From Psilocybe cubensis (lineage: Eukaryota), in assembly GCA_017499595.2 (NCBI GenBank), contig CM038998.1:682001-746000 (forward strand): a DNA stretch of 64,000 nt, in the 5' to 3' direction. The translations under genes and the position numbers were made by a program. A model generated the notes under the pieces. The model made no database searches and was not told where the DNA came from. It saw only the letters and a list, made by a program, of their open reading frames with translations. Shown here in pieces: positions 13,104-25,236 of the stretch. Every line of letters begins with the position of its first letter. The first letter of the stretch is position 1.

Positions 13104-14097
13104 TTAAATTCTAGCTATTTTTTTGACGGCACTAGGTGCACGGAGTCTTTGCTTGCCGAGAGTTTGCCAAGTGTGCACGGCTTGACAACCCGAGAATGTT
13201 TGGCAACGGCTTTTGAGGCTTGACAGTCTCGCTTTCCATACAAAGCCGCTGAGCGCAGTGAAGCGTGTGTTGCAGCTTGGCTCCCGGCATATATACATCT
13301 TCTCTTGGTGCCTCGGACTCGCAAGGTGCTGGTTCAGCGCCTTGAGCGAGCGGAAGGTCGCATAGCAGAGGCAACACTCCCAGGCTTGCCTATACTCGTT
13401 CCATGAGAGCTCTGTCGCTATGTGAATCACTGTCTCCGTGTGGGAGCCGGAGGGCCCGCATATCATGCGAGATGGGTCAGTGATGAGGTTGTGTCTGTCG
13501 TTTTCACGAACGAATCTGTCCACCTTCGCGCGGTTTATGCCCGATTTGCACGCGCCATTTTCAAGGTGGAGCATGAGGGCGGACTGTGAAACGAAGGCCG
13601 CTCCACACCCAAAGCCGGGACATTTTATGTCCTTTGCTTTATGAATAGAAGAATTAAGATGCTGCGATTGTCAATCAATTGAATGTGAAGCATTACACCA
13701 TTAGAGAGCATACCGCGTTCAGGTTGCTAACAGACATAAACAACCTCTTGCATTCGACGCAATAAAGGTGTCTATGATGCTCAGATTGTCTGTAGTGTTC
13801 ATGAAGGCCAACTTCATTTTCGAACACTCGATTACAGGTGTCGCAATAAATGTGGGACTGCCTAAAATGATCCCGGACGTCGATTTGGAGGTGCTCATCG
13901 CAATATTGGCAATAGTCATGATTCGGACTCTGGACCCAGTGTTCTTTGAGTCCCTTCCAGGTAGCAAAATCGATGTTGCAGTCGTGGCATATGTGGTGTC
14001 TTTGTGAGTTCGCACAATGGCGATGGTACGCGGACCAAGTGCTGAATTGCCTGTCGCAGCGTTCGCAGTCTGGGTATTCTTGCACTATATATGACAT
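13104..14097 (-). pseudogene. Multi-C2H2 zinc-finger protein, paralog 1; 3' end frameshifted or disrupted
   Basis: Exon 13714-14097, intron 13662-13713, then HLNSSIHK...LEHLENGAC-like...HLASPRH. After ALSGF it loses the QHxExxKC motif of the paralogs. Confidence 0.8.
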
Positions 14098-15138
14098 GGT
14101 TATGCTGCGTATGGACCTAGTATGTTTTGCTTGTGGAGGACGTTGTAAAAGGGAGGCAGTTATGATTTGATTGAAGTGAATGATGGTGCATTTCTTTTAT
14201 ACCCCAAATCGCATAATTAAAATCCCACGCTGGCCGGAAAGCGGACTTTGGTTTATTTGAGATTGATGACTCGAATTTTTTTTTCATTGGCTTGGCAACA
14301 GTAATAGGACGAGATAGGTTCTCGGCTTGCACGTTCGCATGCCTTTATCATCTTGGTTAAACGATAAGGATGGAATTTGAGATACCTTACTCCTAAAAAG
14401 CCAGGAACAAGCACTTCACTCCCGCTAATTTGCCAATGAGGGAAGAAAAGCGGATGGTTCACAGAACATTATCGTCGGGAGATTGATGGACACATGTGGA
14501 CTCGGGTCAACGATAAGGCAATTTTAAAAATTATCAATGATAGCATTGGATATGCAGGCACAAAAATGTCCCAATCATATGTTGACTAAAGTTTTGAACC
14601 AAAGTTGACGAGCGCCTAATCTTAAAGCTTCCTGATCCGGAAGTTGAGTCCCTTCGGTACATTATTTAAATTTGCATTTCTTTGTGGAAGTCGAAGGCTT
14701 ACTGATAAATGCTGATCCTACTTGTGGTATCAATGAATTACGATTTACCAAGGCTCCGACTTACCTGGGACGGTTCAACAGTACTTTGCGATATGTCTAG
14801 AGGAAACTTTGACTGGCCAAATTTTGAAGATCTAATAAATATAATTGTCATTCTGGCATATGTAATATTTGTACAATCTGATACAAACGGAGAAACTCGG
14901 GTATATAGTTGAGATAAGCATTGAAATAGGGAAATTGCTACAGGAGGTCGAGAACTAACCAGTATAATAAATAAGGAGCTTTAAATGACTTGAAAGGGAC
15001 GTCTGATCAACGGAAATTGGACAACGACTCTGGCATACTAAGGAGAAAGATGGGAGGAACACTTGGACTTTTACAAATATAAAGCAAACATCAAAGTAGC
15101 ATCTGCAAGCTGACATGTTTGTGCGACGATTGAGATAC

Positions 15139-15945
15139 TCACATCTTGAGCCTATTCAATTGTCCCCATAAGTTATCCATCGCGGTTAGCATACTCTTGA
15201 ACCTAGTTAGGCGGCACTTTGAAGCTTCGATGTGTTGAATCAAACCGCTAAGTGTTGGGAAGTGTTTATCGCATTTGGAGCCGCGGCATACATAAATCTT
15301 TTCCTTATGCGCGGCGCTTCCGAGATGTTGATTTAAAGCATAGAGAGAACGATACGTCCTACCGCAGAAGTAGCATTCGTACCCTTTGCCATTCCAAGCT
15401 TGATTTGTTGCGTAATATGTGACGATGCTCTCACCTTCCGAAGTCCCATCACTGGAATCACTGGCGACGAGCGATGCATCCGTAATGAGGTTGTCAGTAT
15501 CGTATTGACATGCGTAATTGTCAATCATCTGTTGGTTGATTCCTGACCTACATCTCCCGTTTTCGAGGTGCAAGACCAGGGCTGAGTTTGAAACGAAGGC
15601 GCCTCTACATTTGGTAAATGGACATCTGATATCCCTCGGTTTGTGAGTGGATGAGTTAATATGCGCGATAAGATTTCCCGCTGAAATAAACGTTCTTTTA
15701 CACCCAGGGCAGTATTTGTCACGGTGGGCTTCTGACGTTCGGCGGTGCTCGTGGAGGAAAAATTGGTTATGGAATGCTAAGCCGCACGGCTCGCAGATAA
15801 AGTGGTGATTTTCGTAGTGTTGCTTACTGTTGTCAACGTGTGAATTACAGAAACCGCAATACTCGTGCGATGGGCTCTCGACCCAGTGTTGCCGGAGATC
15901 GGCCCATGTGTTGAAAGGTGTGTTGCAGGGCCAGCAATTATGCAT
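15139..15945 (-). CDS. Multi-C2H2 zinc-finger protein, paralog 2 (intronless, 268 aa)
   Basis: Single ORF with repeated CxxC...H...H motifs; shares HWVxSP, LVLHLENGxCxSGIN, LNQHL with its neighbours. Confidence 0.9.
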   Translation of the reverse strand: MHNCWPCNTPFNTWADLRQHWVESPSHEYCGFCNSHVDNSKQHYENHHFICEPCGLAFHNQFFLHEHRRTSEAHRDKYCPGCKRTFISAGNLIAHINSSTHKPRDIRCPFTKCRGAFVSNSALVLHLENGRCRSGINQQMIDNYACQYDTDNLITDASLVASDSSDGTSEGESIVTYYATNQAWNGKGYECYFCGRTYRSLYALNQHLGSAAHKEKIYVCRGSKCDKHFPTLSGLIQHIEASKCRLTRFKSMLTAMDNLWGQLNRLKM

Positions 15946-17124
15946 GCTTTAGTGTCACGTATAGTGCCTTTGGTTGTAGTAGTAGTAGGTGCTTTTATAT
16001 GCACAAAATGTGGTATTGTGGTTTGAATTGATATCGCAGGACTTTGCTAGTAACAATTTACAGTTACGCGTACGTTATGTTAGTACAAACTCTGGACCAG
16101 TGTGTTTGGTGGGTGGACTGTATGATGGTCTATCGGACAGAAATATATCTGAAGTATTGTGGCAAGGGAAATGGGTTGTTGAAGGCAGCAGAATTAGGGT
16201 GTATACGTTGCAGGTGTGGTTGAGGAAGGAAAGAAAAAAACGGGGAAAGTCCGCCTTTTATACATTTCCAGATCCATCTTTTCACACGCCCAGCAAACGA
16301 AGGAACTGCCACCACTCGGTCATACCCAACCTTCTGTCCGAGTCCCGAGTTTCTGAAGTACAAGCCAAGAGGCCTTGGGATCTATGAATGTACGCCTGGA
16401 TGAAAAGAGTTTAAATTTTCGTAAAGTGACTGGTTATAAGTTGAGGTAGCTGATTAGCGCCCGAACTTGGTGGATCCTTCCTATGCTGTTAACACGCGTC
16501 TATCAATTTACGTAGAGCCGGAAGATCCACATCCCAACTGTCCACACGTAATTAATTTAGAGAATCCAAGATGCATCCCGTCATAAAAAGAACCACCCTC
16601 ATTGTTCTGGAATCATCCAGGTTCGCCGCGTCTCTCGGGCATGGGCATGTGCACTGCGGCAGAGATTTTTCTTTGTCTACGTATTCTTTTATGAGTCAAG
16701 ACTGCTTAGATTGGCCGTGAAGTCCGAGTCACTTCACCGTGAGTCAGACGTTCCAAAATTCGCAAGATCTTCGGGCGAGTTGATTAAATGCTCCTTTGTT
16801 GAATGCAGTGAATAATAAAACACCCCCTCCGAGATCTCGTATCGCTGAGCGGGTCATACCTGAGAGGATTTTAAACGTGTGGGATGTTCAAGTACTAAGC
16901 TGAACGCTCAACATTGCAGGAAAGCATCAAAGTAATTTTCGATGAGATTGAAAAAAGGCATACTACAAGTACTGTGCACTGTAAAGTAAGTACTCTATTG
17001 CGTAATCTAGAGGCATCGCAAAATATGTAAGTGCAGAGTTAAAGGTGTCGCCTTCAGAGAACTGGCAAGGGAATAAAAAGAGGCAAACCACGGAAAAAAT
17101 TTAGAATAACGAAGAGGCAGCCTG

Positions 17125-17964
17125 TCACATTGTGATTCTTCCGACCTGGCCTAACATGCTGTTCATCGCATTTTGGACAGACTTGAACCTCGCAACGCCA
17201 CATTTGTTGCTCTCGACGTGTTGAACGAGCCCGCTGAGGGCGGGGAAGCGCATGCTGCAATCTGGACCACGGCAAATGTAAATCTTGTCTTTGTGCTTGG
17301 GACTAGCAAGGTGTTGGTTAAGAGAGAGAAGGCTGTGGTGGACTTTGTGGCACAGAACGCATTCGTATCCACATCCGTTCCAAGAGCGTTCCGTGGCAAT
17401 GTACGTAATATCGCCAACGGAGGATCCACCAGTGATCATGCGAGAGGGGTCCGTGATGACGTTGTTCGTATCGTATTCACGGACATAGCGGTTGATAATT
17501 GTTTGATTAATGCCCGATTTGCATCCACCATTCTCGAGGTGAAGAACCAACGCAGAGTTCGAGACAAAGGTGGCACCGCATTTGAATGGACATATCACAT
17601 CCTTCGTGCGATGGATGGACGAGTTGAGATGCTGCCAATGGTTTCAGTGAGTCATATTACAATCCCCGTTGAAAGAAAAACATACTGCGTTGAGGTTGTT
17701 TGGTGACATGAAAAGCCTTCTGCAACTACCACAGTACATATCGCGGTGTCGCTCCGACTGTCGAAGGTGCTCGTGTAGACCAAATTCACTCCTAAAAACT
17801 CGACGGCAGGGACCACAGTAATGGTGGCATTCTTCGTAGTGGTCCAGGATGTGGCCAACGTGTTCATTGCAGTATTGGCAGTAGTCATGCCTGGGGCTCT
17901 GAACCCAGTGTTCCTTCAAAGCATTCCAATCGTAGAAGTAGTCACCACAGTCGCAGTAGTGCAT
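17125..17964 (-). CDS. Multi-C2H2 zinc-finger protein, paralog 3
   Basis: MHYCDCGDY start; intron 17632-17685 (NLNA|HLNSS); intact C-terminus QHVESNKCGVARF. Confidence 0.9.
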
Positions 17965-18325
17965 TTTCCACCGCAAGGCAAAAGAGAGCAAGAGAAGACT
18001 AAGAGGAGAGAAAGAGATGTTGGACGCGCGTTAAAAAGGAGCCTGGATTGGAGTGGCTTTGAAAGCCTCGGTGTGCCTATGATTTGAATCCTGACGTTGG
18101 AATATCTAACAGTGATTGTTGCCAACCCAAAAGAGAAGAGAAGGGACGATACGATGAATATGGTCAAGAGAAATAGGGGGCAAATCTTGTCACAGAATCA
18201 TCCTTATATACAGCTTAATTAATTGCCAATCACATCTTTATGGTATTAAACAAAACACAAATGAGTACCTCATTATCCGATGAAAATAAATCATCGTTGA
18301 ATAAAAACAACTAGACAATAGATGT

Positions 18326-19990
18326 TTAGTATCTTTGTTGATCCTTGGGTATCGTCCAGGAGATCGGCCATTTCTTTGCTTCCCATGACTTCCTTATATA
18401 CTCCGGAGGTTCTCCAACAAACTTTGGAAGTACCCTGTACGACAGCGCAAACAGATCTGCTGCATAGTCTGACGCCATAGCATCTGGCCAGATCCCAACA
18501 GTCAAACAAACGTCTTCAGTCAACTGCCAGAGTTTATAAAAGGTTTCCCAATCCTGGATCAATTGCTCGGGGACAGAGTCAGAGTTCTCTGGAGGATGGT
18601 ATTTCTCTGCGTACTCCAATCGTGAGCCAACATACAGCGAATCTTCAAAATCGTGAATAGCAAAGATCGATTCCAAATTCGGTCGGCCTCGTTGTACTGA
18701 ACGGGTTCCATCCTGCCAATAGGAATATTTCCATTTTAATCCAGGAAGAAGCTCCCAGGGAACCGGTTTGATTGATCCTACTGAGATATGTTTTAGATTC
18801 GGAAACAAAACATCGTCGTGGTCGTGGAATTGGTCATCCAAACAGAACACTCTTAACAGGTCGTGCAATGGCGAGAGCTGTATATGGGAGTCGTCTGGAC
18901 AGAGATGAAAAGAAAAAGATGTCACTGCGGGAAGACCTTTGGCAAGCATGACAAGGTCGTCGACCGAGATACACTCTTCATTAAGAGAGAGTTTGGTAAT
19001 AGTGCAACCAGAACGGCAAACAAAATCCAGGAAAACTAGTGTTGGAAAAGGGGGAGAATGTTGAACGCGAAAAGTAGTCAAGCTTGGGAGTGTAGTGGTC
19101 CTGAGAAAGGTCGAAACGATCTCACCGCTACCAGGTCTTCTATATGGATCGAAGGTATCCAAGTAGAGGTCTCGTAAGTTTGCACAGTGTAAGGATCGGG
19201 ATTCCACGGGTCTGTTATGATTATCTTGAGAATGAAACTCCATAAAAATATGGAGTTTGACAATTTTAGGAGCTAGAGCAAGTACTTGCAAGATTTCGTC
19301 GAGATATAAACAATATGCAACAAGTTCCGTAAGATTGTTCCAGTCCATGACAATGCGGTCCAGCTTGATATATGCGATGGTTAGAACGAGTGGTGCTGCC
19401 GTCCCGAAATTCAAGAGAGGTGTTATGTTATATAAGTTCTCATCACATTCGACAATCAATGTTTTTAGAACAGTTGGTGAATCAATGGGGTGCACCACAG
19501 AGATATGAGAAAGTACGGAGGGCATTAGGTCTGATAGTCTCAGGTAATGACAACGATGAAGGACCTGAGAGACAGTGTCCGCTAGAGGGATGAGAAGTTC
19601 AGAGGTTTTCGTCTCGAAATATTCGAAGTCTTCACGGAGAAAGATTGAAAGAGAAAGACGTCCGGAACGACCAAGCCACTCGATGGCAAGCTGAACCATC
19701 TCCTCTGTCGTCGTGGAGTGCAGTCTGAACGTAAGAGAGTTCCACAGACGTGGCCAATCCCATGCAATCATGCGCCATCGTTGACATACAGCCCCGAGAG
19801 GAAGAACGTCCTTGGGCTGGACACAAGGATGGTTGAATATTGTGGCCTCCGAGTCGAGTGGCTCGATGTAGAACTGAAAAATATGAGCCAGCACTTCGAC
19901 GGGTGCTCGATCAGTCACATTTCTGGGCCTTCCCTGGTGAAGCTGGGGCGAGGGTGTACCTTCAGGCAGTGGAATAGGTAATGTGGACAT
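18326..19990 (-). CDS. F-box / RNI-like leucine-rich protein (agaricomycete expanded family), intronless
   Basis: PVEVLAHIF...LGAVCQRWRMIAWDWPRLW F-box-like motif, WLGRSGxLSLSI, LRR-like repeats (LTEL, LRDLYL, LPSLTTF, FPNLKHI). Confidence 0.88.
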   Translation of the reverse strand: MSTLPIPLPEGTPSPQLHQGRPRNVTDRAPVEVLAHIFQFYIEPLDSEATIFNHPCVQPKDVLPLGAVCQRWRMIAWDWPRLWNSLTFRLHSTTTEEMVQLAIEWLGRSGRLSLSIFLREDFEYFETKTSELLIPLADTVSQVLHRCHYLRLSDLMPSVLSHISVVHPIDSPTVLKTLIVECDENLYNITPLLNFGTAAPLVLTIAYIKLDRIVMDWNNLTELVAYCLYLDEILQVLALAPKIVKLHIFMEFHSQDNHNRPVESRSLHCANLRDLYLDTFDPYRRPGSGEIVSTFLRTTTLPSLTTFRVQHSPPFPTLVFLDFVCRSGCTITKLSLNEECISVDDLVMLAKGLPAVTSFSFHLCPDDSHIQLSPLHDLLRVFCLDDQFHDHDDVLFPNLKHISVGSIKPVPWELLPGLKWKYSYWQDGTRSVQRGRPNLESIFAIHDFEDSLYVGSRLEYAEKYHPPENSDSVPEQLIQDWETFYKLWQLTEDVCLTVGIWPDAMASDYAADLFALSYRVLPKFVGEPPEYIRKSWEAKKWPISWTIPKDQQRY

Positions 19991-20134
19991 GCGAAGGGGA
20001 ACGTGAAAGTGAATATGCGTAATACGGTGAACCTTTGTGGCATTTGTCACTTTCATTTTTTCGTGTCAGTTTTAACCTCCGCCCGAACTCTTTTTTTGGC
20101 GGAGCCGTGTAGTAGTCGAGAGCTAACAAGACCC

Positions 20135-20518
20135 ATGCCTATTCTACCTATTCCACTGCCTGAATGTACACCCTTGCCCCAGCTTCACCAGGGAAAGTCC
20201 AGAAATGTGACAGATCAAACACCCGTCCAAGTGCGGGCTCATATTTTTCAGTTCTACATCGAGCCACTCGACTCGGGGGCCACAATATTCAACCATCCTT
20301 GTGTCCAGCCCAAGGACGTTCTTCCTCTCGGGGCTGTATGTCAACGATGGCGCATGATTGCATGGGATTGGCCACGTCTGTGGAACTCTCTTACGTTCAG
20401 ACTGCACCCCACGACGACAGCGGAGATGGTCCAGCTTGCAATCGAGTGGCTTGGTCGTTCCGGAACTCTTTCTCTTTCAATCTTTCTCCGCGACGCTTCG
20501 ATTGAACAGTTCTCATAA
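20135..20518 (+). pseudogene. Truncated inverted copy of the 5' ~120 codons of the adjacent F-box gene
   Basis: 20135-20493 is the reverse complement of ~19632-19990 with few substitutions; the ORF stops shortly after the homology ends. Confidence 0.9.
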
Positions 20519-20587
20519 TAGAAGCAGATTCAGACTATGATTCACGTTGACATTACAACCAATACTACAGATGATGCATACTACCAT

Positions 20588-22226
20588 TTACAATTTTGCG
20601 AGCTTGTCCAAAGGCGGCCTACCTCGAGGATGCGTCGCCTTTGGCTTGTTTCCGAGTATCTTTTCAATCTTTTCCATTATCTCAGGTGTGAGCTTGGGGA
20701 GAACTTCAAGAGCTTTCAGATTATCAATGATTTGCTGAGGCTTGGATGCTCCGAGAATCACAGTCGACGTGTTCGGGTTCTTGGCCACCCATGCCAGAGC
20801 CAGCGCAGTAGCCGTCGTATTGAACTCTGGGCATTTTGTTAACACGGCATAAATAACGAAAGCCGCGGTTTAGTACCTTCTTTGGCCAACTTTGAGAGCT
20901 CGCGAACTTTGCGGATCTTTTCTTGACCCTCTTTACGTTGCAGACTCTTGACAGTGCTCTGCATAAAGGAGTGGGTAGCAAAACGCGACCCTTCCGGTAT
21001 ACCATCGTTGTACTAATATTTTGAGTCTCAGCTGTTAGTTGGAATATAAAACACTCACCTTTCCGGTTAGCAGACCACCAGCAAGAGCCGACCATACTGT
21101 CGTCCCCGTGCCGTATTTTTTATAGATTGGGCTGCAGAAATTTAACATCAGCGTATGTGCAGTAGCGAATCCACAGGTGCGTACTCGTATTCACCCTCAG
21201 GGCGCTCCCGATGGAACATACTAAAGGGTGTTATTCAAGGTCAGGACTGCATTATTCGAGCTCACTTGTGTTCGCACTGCTCCGCAATCGGTCCAATCAA
21301 GCCAAATTTACTCGCTACGTCTGTGATATAAAACATTGTGAGCAAACACGCCTGAAAAGAATTTAAAATAACATACGATGTGCCTCCTCAATCTCGCGGG
21401 CGCTCCACTCTGATGTTGCCCAATAGAATGCCTGTAGGTACTCAGAATCTATGGAATAAATGATAGCAATTTAACTCACCCATCCTTGTTCTATCACGTA
21501 GTTGAAAGCGCGAACCACCTCCTCCATGGGCACTTGATTAGGTCTGTATGAGCATACCTGGAACTCGATAGAATACAAACATAGTACCAGTGTTATCTGG
21601 ACGATGAGCAAAGATAACATCGACATAGTCCATTTGAAGTCGTTCGAGGCATTCCTTAGTTCCTTCGATGATACTGTTACAATTAGCGTGAAAGCCTTAG
21701 AAGCCGCAACGAGCTACACTCACTGTTTCCTGCTCAACCCAGTGTCATTCGGGCTTCCATACCTAACGCCCCAGTAGACTTTTGTTGTGATAATGAGATC
21801 ACTTCGTCGGTATCCCAATTCTTTAATGACCCGGCCACTGAGAAACAATCAGACATATAATCATCACAGTGACACGGAGCTCGTACATCTCGATTTCAGA
21901 TTGTCCTTGCGAGTACACTTCAGCAGTGTCAATCATGTTGATTCCGTGCTCAAAGGCCGTTTTGACTATTTCCTGTGACTGTATATCAGCATCACGAACG
22001 CGTAGATAGCCGAACTAAGTACCTTTACCGGGTCGCCAACAACGGTGCCTCCCAGAGTCAGCCCTGTATCATTTGCAGTTAGAATACATGATAGCTTGTA
22101 CAATCCAACCAAATACCAACATCCTCCAAGTGAGAATAACGGAACTCTCAATCCACTTGGTCCCAAACGGCGAAATGGCATGCCATTTGTTTTGTATTCC
22201 TTCGAAGGCTGCGTCTTCGCTGTCAT
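20588..22226 (-). CDS. Aldo-keto reductase, Kv-beta-like, paralog 1
   Basis: [51 protein letters not shown]-type, [18 protein letters not shown]; many short introns. Confidence 0.93.
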
Positions 22227-22698
22227 GACTTCGTTAATACTGTTGAATGTGAAAGGCGATTGAAGTTGGGAGTCGAACAACAGGGGCTGAAGCTTGAAGT
22301 GGTACTTTATGGCCTTGCCTGATTGCCGGTTGTGGGCACGGGTCGGGTATTCGAGTCTCCGTGACCGAGACCGACTCATCAATTTTTTTCTGTGGAAGAT
22401 AGCCAATAAACGAGTCGTCTACGATAGATAGTTATCACATCTACGGAAGACCAAAACGCATGACTATGTCTGAACGCGTAACAACTTGTAAGAGACATAA
22501 ATTGCTTTGCGCGTCTGCAACTTTGCCACATCGCTATAATTAACGCCAAGACCCCTATCAACAAAATTCGCATTCTGTTGGAAGTCAGATTCGCCATTGA
22601 TCACATGAAGATTGATATGTGTACCGCAAAGGCTGCTCATCTTTCTTCATCATCTACGATTATCTGTCTTTCTACAACCTTTGCGAATTACGATAACA

Positions 22699-24438
22699 AT
22701 GGCGACACCTCTGCAAGATTGGCCAGTCCAACGCGAGTATGACCCTAAGGGAATGCCCTTTCGGCGCCTTGGACCGAGTGGCCTTCGTGTTCCAGTTTTC
22801 TCTTTTGGCGGATGTAAGTTATCATTTCTACAACTCCCTTGTCATCTATTGATTAAATGTTCTGCGGTAAAGGGTTGACCTTGGGAGGAAGTCTTGACAA
22901 AGATGCCACCAAGGTATAGTCAGTTTTTCAATTGAATCAAGACAAAATTCATGAGGATTGGTTATGTTCAGGAACTTATCAAAACAGCCTTTGAAGCCGG
23001 GATCAACATGTTCGACACGTCTGAAAATTATGCGAACGGAAAATGCGAGGAAGTCTTGTACGCCCTTGTTCGTAATTTCAAAGGTTATATGCGAAACTTA
23101 CCCATAATCGAAGGGGATATTCCATCAGGGAGCTGGGTCTACGTCGGTCGGACCTCGTCATCTCCACCAAGCTTTTCTGGGGCGTCGGGCGAAAGAGCCC
23201 CAACGACGGAGGCCTCACCCGCAAACAGTGAGCAATTCTCACGAGAACATCAAAGAAGCTAAATTAAAATCAATACGAGCATCATTGAGGGAACGCGGGA
23301 ATCCCTTGCCAGATTGCGTCTGACCTATGTCGACATCATTTTTGCTCACAGGCCTGATCCACACGGTGTGTATTTATGCTGCACTTTCTCCCGCGCCGGT
23401 TGCATTGATATTTCGCCTTTATAAAGTTTCGATGGAAGAAACGGTCCGAGCATTTAACTATGTGATTGAACAAGGCTGGGTGAGTTTGCACCGGCATGGT
23501 TTATAGGATTGCGACCGCTAAATCGTCACAGGCATTCTACTGGGGCACATCAGAATGGGGTGCTCGTGAAATCGAAGAAGCGCACCGTATGTTTCGGTCT
23601 AATTTCTGTATAAATCTCTAATCCCTATTCCCGAAGACATTGCTGCTAAACTGCACCTCATCGGCCCAATCGCTGAGCAATGCCAGCACAAGTACGTCCT
23701 ATAGAATGCTGCTGTGATACTTTCTTACTTTTGACTTCAGCATGTTAACTCGTGAACGTCCGGAGAAGGAATACGCGTAATTAACCCTGCGTTATATTCT
23801 ATATTTCTTTTAATGAAAATTTTATAGGGCGCTCTACAAGAAATACCACATGAGCACCACAGTATTCTCACCATTGCAGTTCGGTGTCCTCACAGGAAAG
23901 GTCCGCAGTTTTCTGGCGTTATTTCCACAAGTTCTTAACCACCACTACATAGTATCTTGACGGGATCCCTGCCGACTCTCGCTTGTCAACTAGTGCACAC
24001 GAGCTTGACTGGCTTTTCAAGGAACTCGAAAGCCCCCAAGGAAAGCAGAACATGCTCAAAGTCAAAGAACTGATGAAGTTCGCTCAAGAAGGTACGTTAT
24101 TGCCTACTGCACAGAAACAGCCCTAATCAAACTATTCAATAGAACTTCAAACTAACCTAGCCACACTTGCACTTGCATGGGTAGCCAGAAATCCGAACAC
24201 AGCGACCGTCATCCTTGGAGCTTCGAAGTCTAGCCAGATTACAGACAACATTAAGGCTCTCGAGCTTATCCCCAAACTGACGCCCGAGGTTCTGCACAAA
24301 CTCGATAAGATTTTGGACAATGCGCCTGAGGCTTTAGTACGTCTATCCTACTGACTTGTGTACTTTTTTTACCATCCTGACGTATCCACTCAGCCTTCGT
24401 ACGGAAGGCCCTTGCTGGATAGATTTGGTCGAATCTGA
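22699..24438 (+). CDS. Aldo-keto reductase, Kv-beta-like, paralog 2
   Basis: Same motif set (DTSENY, STKLFW, FAHRPD, WGTSEW, VILGAS); ends [14 protein letters not shown]. Confidence 0.93.
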
Positions 24439-25236
24439 TTCCTTATGACCGCAAATCCCTTGCAAATAACAGGACAATGCTCAAGCATCTTTAGAATTTG
24501 TGGACATATAGAATCAAATTTTAGTTTCCCTACGCAGACAAATTTGTCGGCAAACATTTGTCAGTAAGCTTAGTTCCAGGGATGCTGACCGGGACCCTGA
24601 ACGGCTATTTGGTTCTATTTGCTGATATGGACTCTTTGACGTATGCCTTTTCTGCGTGTCATAAAGGATACCCGTGTTCGTTTGCAAATACACTGTGATC
24701 TACAAGGCCCGTCGCTGTACTGATGAACGGAGACTCGGAATGCGTGCATCGCTTTTTGTCAATCATACTTCAACTGATGACTGCACAAACTGACAGTGTA
24801 TACTTCCCAAAATTCACATCATCATTTCAGCGATTCCATCCAATGTCATGTTCCCTGTGTTCCAGAACCCGGGGAGACTTAATTGTACAAAACCTCGACT
24901 TTTGGAAAGCGCCTTGGGAGCTCCAGGTATCAGCTGACAAAGACCCATGCGGCGAAAGCTGCCGAACGTCTTGCGAATGGCGTGACGGCGGCCTCCCATT
25001 TGGCAATCATTTGCGTAATCGGCCCCTAAATAACTCATCCACGCCGTTATCGATTCATTTTTAGCTATCTGTCCTTCCTTTGTCCATGGATGGTCTAATG
25101 GCTCCCCTTGTGCGCAACGTCCAAATATATGACGTGCATCATACTTATAAATCCTCTTTAAAATTCGACTGAATCGCTTTTCCTTTCTGCCTGGCTTCCC
25201 ACAGAATCATCTTGCAACTACTAACCATCTACTGCG

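Larger units (their letters stand above)
8082..13225 (+). mobile_element. Putative IS3/IS481-like DNA transposon carrying an integrase plus a divergent alpha-kinase-like gene
   Basis: AT-rich block with the divergent gene pair; candidate right end GAGGCTTGACA at 13225 (TGT start on the minus strand, GGCTTGACA also at 13179), where the ZnF gene stops resembling its paralogs. Confidence 0.45.

Noticed and set aside
17173-17706. 177-aa plus-strand ORF
   Set aside because: Antisense shadow of ZnF paralog 3.
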